NCBI GenBank assembly: GCA_902786595.1
Contig: CADADB010000003.1
Location: 85,206-149,205, forward strand
Length of the DNA stretch: 64,000 nt
Source: an uncultured Bacteroidota bacterium
GTDB lineage: Bacteria; Bacteroidota; Bacteroidia; Bacteroidales; WCHB1-69
Direction: 5' to 3'
Shown here: piece after piece, positions 9,380 through 17,740 of the stretch
Numbering within the stretch: position 1 is the stretch's first letter
Layout of the letters: each line of letters starts with the position of its first letter
Program-made: the position numbers and the translations under genes
The notes under the pieces: generated by a model
What the model was told of the DNA's origin: nothing
What the model saw: only the letters and a program-made list of their open reading frames with translations
Databases searched by the model: none

Positions 9380-10640
9380 AATTGCAGGCAAAAACCTCCG
9401 CAAAAAAGACTTCTGAAATTCCCATTTTGGCCAAGTGGCCGTCTTTGAACTTTTTACGATGAAAATTTCTTGTAACCAATTGTCATTCAAAGAATTATTT
9501 GTATATTTGCCGCAAATTAGAATGGACAATGAATCAGACCAAACCAACCTACAAACAGCAAGGTAACGTCGGGCTTTTTGACAGCGACGAGACAATGGAG
9601 AAATTCAACAAGTTGGACAACCCTTTGGACAAACTCTCAAAAGCGGTTGATTTAGAGATGTTGAGAGGGAATTTGGAGAAGGGGCTTTATAAGGAGAAGT
9701 TCACCAAGGTGGGCGCGAGACCGTATGACTACGTGCTGATGTTCAAGATTGTAGTGCTGCAGCGGATATACTATCTCAGCGACGCGCAGGCGGAATACCA
9801 GATCTGCGACAGGCTCTCGTTCCGCGATTTCCTCGGACTGGCAGCGGCGACAAGGTGCCCGACGAGAAAACAATATGGGCTTTCAAGGAGGAATTGACAA
9901 AGAAAGGGTCTTTTTGAGCAATTGTTCAATGAATTTTTCGCTTTTCTGGAGGAGAACAACCTGATTTTGCATGAGGGCACCATGATAGACGGGAGCTTCG
10001 TGGAGATACCGCGCCAGCACAACACACGCGAAGAGAACAAAATAATCAAGGAAGACAGGGGCGGCGAGTTGTGGAATCCCGAAGAGGGCGACACCGAGGA
10101 GGAGAAGAGGCGCAAAGCCAACAAGAAAAGGCAGAAGGACACGGATGCTCGATGGGTGAAGAAGGGCGGCGAGAAGCATTACGGCTACAAAAGCCACGCA
10201 AAAGTGGACAAGGGAAGCAAGTTTATCAAGAAAGGGGTGACCACAAATGCGTCCGTTTATGACTCCACGCCTGTGAAAGAGCTTGTGGATGAGAATGACA
10301 GGGGTGAAGATTTGTTCGCTGACAGTGCCTAAATCGGCAAAGGGGTGAAGAGGGTGATGCGGAGGTTCGGGATGAAGGACAAGGTGATCAAGCGGAACAC
10401 AAGAGGCAAGAAAATCAGCAAATGGCAGGAGACCATCAACAGAAAGAACTCGAAGCTGCGCGTGAGGGTGGAGCATGTGTTCGGGTTTATGGAAGAGAGC
10501 CTTCACGGAATGTCCAGCCGCGAGGTCGGTTTTGCGCGGAACGCAGCCTATAACACCCTGACAGACCGGGTCTACAACCTGTTCCGGTACGAGCAAGAAC
10601 TATGTCTTAGGATAAATTAACTAATTAAAAATCAAATGGT
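9380..10640 (+). mobile_element. Decayed IS5-family insertion sequence (ends approximate)
   Basis: A GC-richer insert between the R and M genes that carries a fragmented DDE transposase. I could not identify terminal inverted repeats. Confidence 0.55.
9529..10620 (+). pseudogene. IS5-family transposase, disrupted (two frameshifts near 9840-9920, TAA at 10330..10332)
   Basis: Three frame fragments: MNQTKPTYKQQGNVGLFD...DFLGL, GDKVPDEKTIWAFKEELTKKG / EQLFNEFF...HYGYKSHAKVD...FADSA*, and IGKG...RVRVEHVFGFM. Confidence 0.7.
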
Positions 10641-10718
10641 TGAACAAATAGAAATAATAAAAATATTAACAAACTACAAACTTTTGGTTTTTTGCATCCT
10701 TTTAATAGATAAAAGAAT

Positions 10719-10810
10719 TAATTTTGCAGCGTTGTTTGCTTATCTTGATGTTAAAAGGACTTCGCACCAAGGTCGGCGACAGCGCGAAAAAGTAAAAAAG
10801 AAGTCCCCTT
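10719..10810 (+). promoter_or_regulatory. -7 box (taattttg, 10719..10726) plus conserved leader hairpin, copy D
   Basis: Inner stem cttgatg (10744..10750) / caccaag (10765..10771), loop ttaaaaggacttcg. Outer stem gcgttgt (10729..10735) / acagcgc (10779..10785). Confidence 0.6.
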
Positions 10811-10822
10811 ACAAATAGCATA

Positions 10823-11644
10823 ATGGAAAAATCAAAAATAGATAGTTTCATAGGATACATTACCAATGGTGATTGTACGGAAATACTTTCCAAAATAGAA
10901 AGTAATAGTGTTGATTTGGTTGTTACTAGTCCACCATACGATAACTTAAGGGATTATAAAAAGGATTCTACTTGGAACATTGATAGTTTCAAAAAAATAG
11001 CGAAACAACTATATCGAGTTATGAAAGATGGTGGTGTAGTAGTCTGGGTGGTCGGTGATTCTGTTATTAAGGGTAACAAATCACTTACCAGTTTTAGGCA
11101 AGCATTATATTTCCAAGAAATTGGATTTAATATGTATGATGTTATAATTTATGAGAAAGCTGGCACTGCTCCCCCACATAAAAATAGATATTTTAATGCT
11201 TTTGAGTATATGTTTGTACTTTCGAAGGGATTGCCAAAAACAATAAACCTAATAGAAGATAAACCTAATAATTGGGCTAACCATACTACTTTTGGTAATG
11301 TTACTAGAAGGGAACAAGATGGTACGTTAACCCCTAAAGGAAAGAAAGTAATAAAACCTTTTGGCATTAGGACTAATATATGGAGATATAACAATGGCAA
11401 AGGTTTTGCTACTAAAGATAAAATTGCTTATGAACATCCTGCTATTTTCCCAGAAAAGCTAGTAGAAGACCATATTATATCGTGGTCAAATGAAGGAGAT
11501 ATAGTTTTAGATCCTTTTTGCGGGAGTGGTACAGTTGCAAAAGTTGCCACAGAACTAAATAGAAGATGGGTAGGTATAGAAATATCTAAAGAATACTGTA
11601 GAATAGCAAACGAAAGATTAGGATTGGAATGTACGGAACAATAA
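10823..11644 (+). CDS. DNA methyltransferase, N4/N6 beta-class (PF01555-like)
   Basis: VVTSPPYDNLRDY (motif IV) is N-terminal. HPAIFPEKL and VLDPFCGSGT (motif I) are C-terminal. Confidence 0.85.
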   Translation: MEKSKIDSFIGYITNGDCTEILSKIESNSVDLVVTSPPYDNLRDYKKDSTWNIDSFKKIAKQLYRVMKDGGVVVWVVGDSVIKGNKSLTSFRQALYFQEIGFNMYDVIIYEKAGTAPPHKNRYFNAFEYMFVLSKGLPKTINLIEDKPNNWANHTTFGNVTRREQDGTLTPKGKKVIKPFGIRTNIWRYNNGKGFATKDKIAYEHPAIFPEKLVEDHIISWSNEGDIVLDPFCGSGTVAKVATELNRRWVGIEISKEYCRIANERLGLECTEQ

Positions 11645-13017
11645 TTATAAATGACAATATCCAAAATAGTATCAAATTACTAGAATCCAATATTGACAAA
11701 TTGGATGTCAATGGCAATGTCTTTGTTTTAGTAAGAAACGAAGTAGATGCTATTGGTGATGTTACTAATGATTTTCTGGATATAATAGAAGCTGCAGTTA
11801 AATTAAAGTATTTCTATGTGAATACAATAGTAGCACCTACTAAAAACGTAATACCTTCAAATCTGCCAGATAATGTTTTGTATATAGTATGGTTAGCAAA
11901 AGATAAAAACCATTTCTTTAATAAAGATGTAATCCGTGAAAGCCATATCTGGAAAGATGTGGAATGGGGGAAAAGGGCAAAAAATTACAATCCTAAAGGC
12001 AAAGATCCTGGAAATGTTTGGATACCAACTAAGGATGATGGAAAGGCAAATATTACCGAACATATACTTTTAGATACATCTGCTATCATCAACAGATTAC
12101 ACAAATGCTCAACACAAGAAGGTAAAGATACTATATATTTAACGTCAAAGAGTATTAGTAGTTTAAATCTGGATAGTAGTATTACTGTTGTATATAGTAA
12201 TAATGATTATGTCCCACCGATACCTTCAAAGATTTCTTATAGCAAATCTATAAATGATAAGCCGAATAATATCACTGGAAGTGTTATCTGGGGAACTTCT
12301 GAAAATATGGATAAGATACCGGATGGGAGTATAAATGTTGTTATCACATCACCCCCATACTGGGATTTAAAGGATTATTTTAAAAAAGGGCAAATAGGTC
12401 AAGAATCGTATAACACCTACTTAGATAGGCTATATAAGGTATGGGAAGGGTGCTATAATAAACTTACCGAAAACGGCTCGTTATGGCTAAATATAAACAT
12501 AAGAACAAAAAACGGAAAAGTAATACTTATTCCTAGAGATTTTGTTGCACAATGCCGTAAAATCGGATTCCATTATAAAGGTGTTCTGATTTGGCACAAA
12601 TCTTCTGGTATCCCTACACACGATAAGAATATAGTAGATAGACACGAATATGTACTAGTGTTTTCAAAAAGTGAGTACCTGATTATTAATGACTGTATAT
12701 CAAATTTTAAAGATTACAAAAATGAAAGTATTAACGGTGGCTTATTCTGGAATATTAATAGGAAAGCTGGTAGTGTAGGTAAACATTTTATACACCCTGC
12801 AATATATCCGAATGGTTTAGTTTCCCGTATAGTACAAATTACCACAAATGTAAATGATACGGTACTAGACCCATTTTTAGGAAGTGGTACTACTTTAATT
12901 GCCTCCGTATTGGAAGGTAGAAGCTGTATTGGATATGAGTATAATGAAGGATTTAAGGAATTAATATTAAGCAGATTTAATAATGAAGTTGACTTGTTAG
13001 CTAAATTGAAAATATGA
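11629..13017 (+). CDS. DNA methyltransferase, N4/N6 beta-class, with a degenerate N-terminal methylase-like domain
   Basis: C-terminal half has VITSPPYWDLKDY, HPAIYPNGL and VLDPFLGSGT. N-terminal half has YIVWLAKDK...GKDPGNVW...EHILLDT, the same layout without catalytic motifs. Overlaps the upstream gene by 16 nt. Confidence 0.8.
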   Translation: MYGTIIINDNIQNSIKLLESNIDKLDVNGNVFVLVRNEVDAIGDVTNDFLDIIEAAVKLKYFYVNTIVAPTKNVIPSNLPDNVLYIVWLAKDKNHFFNKDVIRESHIWKDVEWGKRAKNYNPKGKDPGNVWIPTKDDGKANITEHILLDTSAIINRLHKCSTQEGKDTIYLTSKSISSLNLDSSITVVYSNNDYVPPIPSKISYSKSINDKPNNITGSVIWGTSENMDKIPDGSINVVITSPPYWDLKDYFKKGQIGQESYNTYLDRLYKVWEGCYNKLTENGSLWLNINIRTKNGKVILIPRDFVAQCRKIGFHYKGVLIWHKSSGIPTHDKNIVDRHEYVLVFSKSEYLIINDCISNFKDYKNESINGGLFWNINRKAGSVGKHFIHPAIYPNGLVSRIVQITTNVNDTVLDPFLGSGTTLIASVLEGRSCIGYEYNEGFKELILSRFNNEVDLLAKLKI

Positions 13018-13157
13018 TATTGGCAGTCATGGTTTTAGGACACGGGATAATAAGTCATTTTGTCAGTTCGTTGTTCAGACAGTCAACGGCTTTGTCCAGA
13101 GCGTATCCGTCATCCCAGTCGAAACAACCTATTTCACCATTATAGAATAGGGAAAAA

Positions 13158-13430
13158 GTGTCACCTTCATCCAACAGATGGGTAGTGTTTCATCCAGTGT
13201 GTCTGGGTTGGTTTTTCAATGAACTGTATGGTCGTGCAAAAATGGTCTTTTTTCGGTTCATTCGACAGTGGGACGCGGCTTGCAGCCAACTGTACCTCTA
13301 CCGTCCTTGTCCCGATTCTCCAAAACTGGCATTCAAGGGCGGCAGATGGATGTGGTCCGGCAAACTGAAACCGGAGTTTGCAAGACTTAGCCTCGAGGAG
13401 GTCTATCTCGAGTTGGTCGGGAAATTGTAA
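13158..13430 (+). CDS. possible truncated gene remnant ending ...LSLEEVYLELVGKL*
   Basis: The last 15 codons recur at 16550..16594 with mostly synonymous differences. The upstream part has no recognisable features. Confidence 0.25.
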   Translation: MSPSSNRWVVFHPVCLGWFFNELYGRAKMVFFRFIRQWDAACSQLYLYRPCPDSPKLAFKGGRWMWSGKLKPEFARLSLEEVYLELVGKL

Positions 13431-13456
13431 CTACGAATCGGCAGGCGTGGAATCTC

Positions 13457-14005
13457 CTACAATCCCTCGATAATCCTGCGCCACGCAGCGGAGAAGTACA
13501 CGTTGTCGGGCACGGGATGCGCCAGGAACATCTTCACCAGCTCCAGACCCGTGTAACCGCATCGTGTAACCTTGTCGGCACCGTTGTGGTAGGCGACCTT
13601 GAACTTCTTGTCGGGCATCTGGCGGGCCACCTCGTACATCTTCCGGATGCTCTCGGTAATCTGCTCGGGGGAGATGCTCTTGTGCCCGTTGTTCCTCCTC
13701 ACCCGCAAGTCCTTGGTCGGTATGGCGTAGGAACGGCCCTGCAGTCCCTCGCCGACACCCCTTATGGCACCGAACTCCCGCACAGCGACGCCTGACGAGC
13801 CGGCCTTCTCGCCCCGGCCGTGTCGGCCCTCGGGGTTGGAACCGAACACGAAAATCGTGTCGTCCTGAGGCGTAATCAACCCAGTGTAATAGTGGTACTG
13901 CGTGCCCTTTCGGTCGGTGAAGGTGCCTTCGGAAAGGTTGATGCCCATCTTGTCGAGGGCGGAGAACAGATTCTTCAGAAGCTCTCTTGATGCTTTTTTA
14001 TCCAT
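13457..14005 (-). CDS. conserved phage/ICE-type protein with FVFGSN-x4-HG and SYAIPTK motifs (LOG/SLOG-like Rossmann fold?)
   Basis: 182 aa. IFVFGSNPEGRHGRGEKAGSSGVA...GEGLQGRSYAIPTKD. The family assignment is from memory only. Confidence 0.4.
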   Translation of the reverse strand: MDKKASRELLKNLFSALDKMGINLSEGTFTDRKGTQYHYYTGLITPQDDTIFVFGSNPEGRHGRGEKAGSSGVAVREFGAIRGVGEGLQGRSYAIPTKDLRVRRNNGHKSISPEQITESIRKMYEVARQMPDKKFKVAYHNGADKVTRCGYTGLELVKMFLAHPVPDNVYFSAAWRRIIEGL

Positions 14006-14081
14006 AAATGTGATATTGGTGGTTTGTTGAAAACGGATTGTTTGCTATTTGTGTAACAAAAACCGTGCCAAAATACACTCT

Positions 14082-14216
14082 CTCTTGACGATGCGCGCGT
14101 TTGCGGCGTTGAAGACAGCGCAGTTTTTCAGTCCGTCAGGCAGTTTCGGCGGCGGGGTGCCGTTCAATGCTGTAATACTCTGGATAGTGCTCCCGGATCA
14201 TTTCGTGGAGTTTCAT
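14082..14216 (-). pseudogene. Internally deleted remnant of a second NADAR-ART gene pair
   Basis: 14141..14220 aligns to 20161..20241 (NADAR 5' end, MKLHEMIREHYPEYYSIER). 14082..14141 aligns to 19127..19189 (ART 3' end, DGLKNCAVFNAAN). About 970 bp is missing relative to the intact copy. Confidence 0.75.
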
Positions 14217-14414
14217 AAAATGCTGGTTTTATGGTAGTTGTTAAAAATTCTTGGTCGGACTGCAAAAAAAAGTGCAAAATAATTACTCCGAAAAGGGAAC
14301 ACGGGCGGTTAGGAATATGCAGGGCGATGTTGCCGCTGAGTAACAAACCCCAAAAACATTGGGCAATAATGCGAAAAAACAATATAGTATATAAATCTTA
14401 AAACCAAATCACGT

Positions 14415-15272
14415 ATGAGAAATCCCATTACAACATTCATCGACATCCGCAAGTCCGAAACATTGAGCCGCTTGTCCAAGGACATCAAGAGATACCCGCT
14501 TCTATCCTTGGAAGAGGAGACTGCGCTTGCTAGGAGGGTCAAGTCGGGGGACCGGAACGCTGCGGACAAATTGGTCATGTGCAACATGCGGCTGTTGTTT
14601 CGCATAGCCGGGGGTTACCAAGGACTGGGGGTGCCTTTGGAGGACCTGATTTCCGAGGGCTGCTTTGGGCTGATTAGTGCGGCCTCCCATTTTGACGTGA
14701 ATTGTGGTTGCAGGTTCTCCACGTTTGCCGCACGCTGCATCCACCATGCCATTCAAATGGCCGTCCCTGAGTTGAGAAACATGGTGCGCATCCCGCAGAA
14801 AAAGTCTTACGACAGCTGGTCGCTAAGGGAGGCATCCGACCGACTGTGGCAGGAACTTCGACGTACACCCACCACGCAGGAAATCGCCGCAGCCACCGGC
14901 GTTTCTGAGGACAAGGTGGCCGAGCTCCTACGTCTCGATGGGAGAGCAGTGTCTATTGAAACTCCTGACGATTCGGATAGCGAATCGCAGCCGCAATGCA
15001 CCCTCGCCCTTGCCTGTGAGGAAGGCGCAGACTGGAACCTGATGCGGGAATCGACAAAACAGGCCGTCAAAATGGCACTTGACAAGCTGCCGGAGACGGA
15101 GGCCAAGGTGTTGAACCTGTCGTTTGGCATAGACACGCTTTGCGAACGCACCGACAGGGAGGTGGGGGAGATGGTTGGCCTGTCGAGAGAGCGGGTACGC
15201 CAAATCAAGGTGTCGGCACTGAAGCGCTTGAGAAAAAACGGGGATCTCGATTTCCTGCGCCCTGCCGCGTAG
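14415..15272 (+). CDS. sigma-70 family RNA polymerase sigma factor
   Basis: 285 aa. Region 2 (LVMCNMRLLFRIAGGY...DLISEGCFGLISAASHFD...FSTFAARCIHHAI) and a region 4 HTH (REVGEMVGLSRERVRQIKVSALKRL). Confidence 0.8.
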   Translation: MRNPITTFIDIRKSETLSRLSKDIKRYPLLSLEEETALARRVKSGDRNAADKLVMCNMRLLFRIAGGYQGLGVPLEDLISEGCFGLISAASHFDVNCGCRFSTFAARCIHHAIQMAVPELRNMVRIPQKKSYDSWSLREASDRLWQELRRTPTTQEIAAATGVSEDKVAELLRLDGRAVSIETPDDSDSESQPQCTLALACEEGADWNLMRESTKQAVKMALDKLPETEAKVLNLSFGIDTLCERTDREVGEMVGLSRERVRQIKVSALKRLRKNGDLDFLRPAA

Positions 15273-15363
15273 GGATTCGGACCAAAATGATGGTAAAGAG
15301 AACCTGGTCCAAGCCATCCTGCCAACTTAAAAAGCATAGTTGGCGACGAAGTTATGCATTTTT

Positions 15364-15816
15364 ATGAATATTAATCAAACAATACAATTATCAACAAAAG
15401 AAATCATTATGATTGAAGAAAAAAAGCTGGCGAGCGAAAACGCATTCATAGACTGTTATTTGAAACAATTACATCTTTCCTTGGCAAGAATATTGTACAA
15501 TATGGCGCGCTCATCAGACCCGGAACCAACAGACGAGATGCTGGATTTGATGGTGGAGACATCGCAACTTCTGAAAGAAATAGTCCCCAATGACAATCTG
15601 TATGTGTTGAGTCTTGCTACAAGTATGTATTTAGAGAGTTTTGGTGACATGACAGAACAAGAGTTCAGGAATATGGAAGCTCGACTGTTTAGAGATACGT
15701 GCCGTAAATGGATTGCTGCTGGAGTAATTAAGGATAAAATGGAATTTGTCCATATCTGGGATGAATCAAGAAAATACTTGAAGAGGGTGGAGGAGAGTGG
15801 AAGTACTTTAGTCTGA
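15364..15816 (+). CDS. hypothetical protein
   Basis: ORF 15340..15816. The first ATG is at 15364. No motif recognised. Confidence 0.45.
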   Translation: MNINQTIQLSTKEIIMIEEKKLASENAFIDCYLKQLHLSLARILYNMARSSDPEPTDEMLDLMVETSQLLKEIVPNDNLYVLSLATSMYLESFGDMTEQEFRNMEARLFRDTCRKWIAAGVIKDKMEFVHIWDESRKYLKRVEESGSTLV

Positions 15817-15913
15817 TATATTTGTGGTAACGATGAACAAAAGAAACAATTAGAAAAGAGATGTTTTCGAGTCAGAATTTATTAAAAACCTTTATAAGAA
15901 AATAAGAAAAATC

Positions 15914-16540
15914 ATGTGTGAATTAAATGATATCGTGAAAAAAGCGGCAACCAGTGCGTTTGTCGAGGATTATCCATCTGCATGCCATTATTATGAAATG
16001 GCCGCGTTAAAAGGTGACATGAAGTCTGTTCATAAACTAGTCACCTATTACTCTAAAGAGAAGTACAATCTCGACTTGGAAAAAGCTATATTTTGGTTGA
16101 ACGAATATCTCAACCGATACGCTAATGCAACAAACAGGTCAAAATATGAGCACCAGCTTGGAGCCAAATATAAAGAATACTATTTTTCCACTCATTCAGA
16201 AGAAGCAAGGGGAAAAGCTGTTTTTTGGTTAAATCAAGCATTCGAGCATCGTACAGAACAGACAAAAACAAAAATAATACTATCTATTGGCGAACAATTA
16301 TACGGACTCGGCGACTACGAAAATGCTTATGTAATCTTATATTCCATTTTACCATTGTGCATGGAAAAATCTTATCACCGTTGTATGACAATATTAGGTA
16401 AATGCTATTTATTTGGGCGGGGCGTTAAAAAAAATCCGGGCAAAGCGTTTGAATTGTTGCAAATTGCAGCAAAGTCAAATTCTCGTCAGGCGAAATCATT
16501 ATTGTCAAAATTCTTCAAAGTGGGCGATTTTGATGAATGA
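15914..16540 (+). CDS. Sel1/TPR-like repeat protein
   Basis: YYEMAALKGDMKSVHKLVTYY and GRGVKKNPGKAFELLQIAAKSNSRQAKSLL resemble Sel1 repeats. Confidence 0.55.
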   Translation: MCELNDIVKKAATSAFVEDYPSACHYYEMAALKGDMKSVHKLVTYYSKEKYNLDLEKAIFWLNEYLNRYANATNRSKYEHQLGAKYKEYYFSTHSEEARGKAVFWLNQAFEHRTEQTKTKIILSIGEQLYGLGDYENAYVILYSILPLCMEKSYHRCMTILGKCYLFGRGVKKNPGKAFELLQIAAKSNSRQAKSLLSKFFKVGDFDE

Positions 16541-16691
16541 TTTTTTTATCTTAGTCTTGAGGAGGCCTGTCTTGAGTTGGTTGGGAAATTGTAGCTAATC
16601 CAGCAATCCTGTTTTTATGCTCAATATAGTTATGTACTCAAGTTTCGCAAGTATGTCTCAGACTGTTTGAGGAAATTTGTCTTTGAACGGA

Positions 16692-16884
16692 GGAGATTCC
16701 GCCAGTTCCTATCGTCACTGGCGGAATGGTGCGCCACATTCAAGGAAAAAGGGGAAGAAGATGGGCGGCGGTCGTGAAACTTCAGGCAACGGCAGTATTT
16801 CCCCGCCGCCCATCTTCTTCCCCTTGGTCTCATACGGAGGTGCGCACCATTCCGCCGCGAACGCAGTGAGCGAGCGGAATCTCC
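16692..16884. repeat. ~190-bp imperfect palindrome with three perfect stem segments (11, 15 and 21 bp)
   Basis: 16692..16702 pairs with 16874..16884 (ggagattccgc / gcggaatctcc). 16720..16734 pairs with 16842..16856 (ggcggaatggtgcgc). 16751..16771 pairs with 16803..16823 (ggggaagaagatgggcggcgg). Internal loops are near symmetric (17/17 and 16/18 nt). Apical loop is 31 nt. Confidence 0.85.
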
Positions 16885-17028
16885 TACGGAAAGTCACGAA
16901 AATACGTCAACAGCTGCAACGTTCTGATTATAAACGCTTATTTTCGTTTATTTTCTTTGATGTTTTCGAAGAAAAGTATACAGGAAGATTTGATGGTAAA
17001 CTATCTTCCTTAATCAAACATCGTTTCA

Positions 17029-17458
17029 TCACTTCCTTTTGCACATATTTCTCAGATTATTTATAATATCGTCTGCGTTTACACCAACATCAAAATTTGA
17101 ATCAACATTTATTGCACGCATTGGCTCGTTAGATTCATCTATTGGGACTTTAGACATATATTCTTTGACTTGTTCTTGTGTCAAATCACCCAATGTGTTC
17201 ATGTATTCTTCAATTGGCAGTTTGTTGATCCATTCCACATCCAAACCGCCGTCTTCTTTCAATAATGCCATAATCAATTTCTTTTGGGTGAGTTTTGTTG
17301 AATTCATCAGAGGTGACATATCCGTGGGATAGATACCATTCTATATCACACCGAACATCCTCATTATTTTCGTTTAAAAGCCGTAACTGTTCTGTTGTCA
17401 CAGTCTCTTTTACATCATTCCTTATGATGTGATGTAATCTCTTTTTCCCCATATCCAA
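17029..17458 (-). pseudogene. hypothetical gene split over two overlapping frames (17210..17458 and 17029..17319)
   Basis: The two ORFs overlap by ~110 nt in different frames on the same strand. This fits a frameshift or sequencing error, or two real small genes. Confidence 0.35.
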
Positions 17459-17475
17459 TAAGTTTTGAGCGTTTT

Positions 17476-17730
17476 TTATCTGTAAGAATGACTCAATGAG
17501 ACACCTTGTTTCTTGTAATGCCTGATAATAGCATCTTCCAAGTCAATAAGAATTTCAGCAAGATTCAATGTGTCGCCGACGGGAACCGACACTCCGCAAT
17601 CAGAACAAAGCTCGTTGGTCTCCTCATCATACCAAATTTCAGAACATTGGATTTTATCATCATTCCAATTAAGAAGAGAAGGGAAGACACCCATGTCTTT
17701 CAGTATTTTGCTTATTTCTTTCCTGTCCAT
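17476..17730 (-). CDS. small hypothetical protein (84 aa), last gene of the minus-strand operon
   Basis: MDRKEISKILKDMG... starts 11 nt after the ARH stop. The longer upstream extension overlaps ARH and was rejected. Confidence 0.45.
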   Translation of the reverse strand: MDRKEISKILKDMGVFPSLLNWNDDKIQCSEIWYDEETNELCSDCGVSVPVGDTLNLAEILIDLEDAIIRHYKKQGVSLSHSYR

Positions 17731-17740
17731 AAAACAGTTG

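Noticed and set aside
9353-9595. 80-aa minus-strand ORF and the 9499 start of the transposase fragment
   Set aside because: The minus ORF lies in the IS end region without support. For the transposase, the conserved N-terminus begins at MNQTKP (9529).
13037-13200. Short minus-strand ORF fragments (MNRKKTIFARPYSS.. / ..DEGDTFSLFYNGEIGCFDWDDGYALDKAVDCLNNELTK)
   Set aside because: They are split over two frames, below 60 aa each, and have no motif. Possibly a decayed small gene, but too weak to annotate.
16677-17066. 129-aa ORF spanning the 16.7-kb palindrome
   Set aside because: Both arms of the palindrome give mirror translations (GKKMGGG on both strands). The ORF is a by-product of the repeat.
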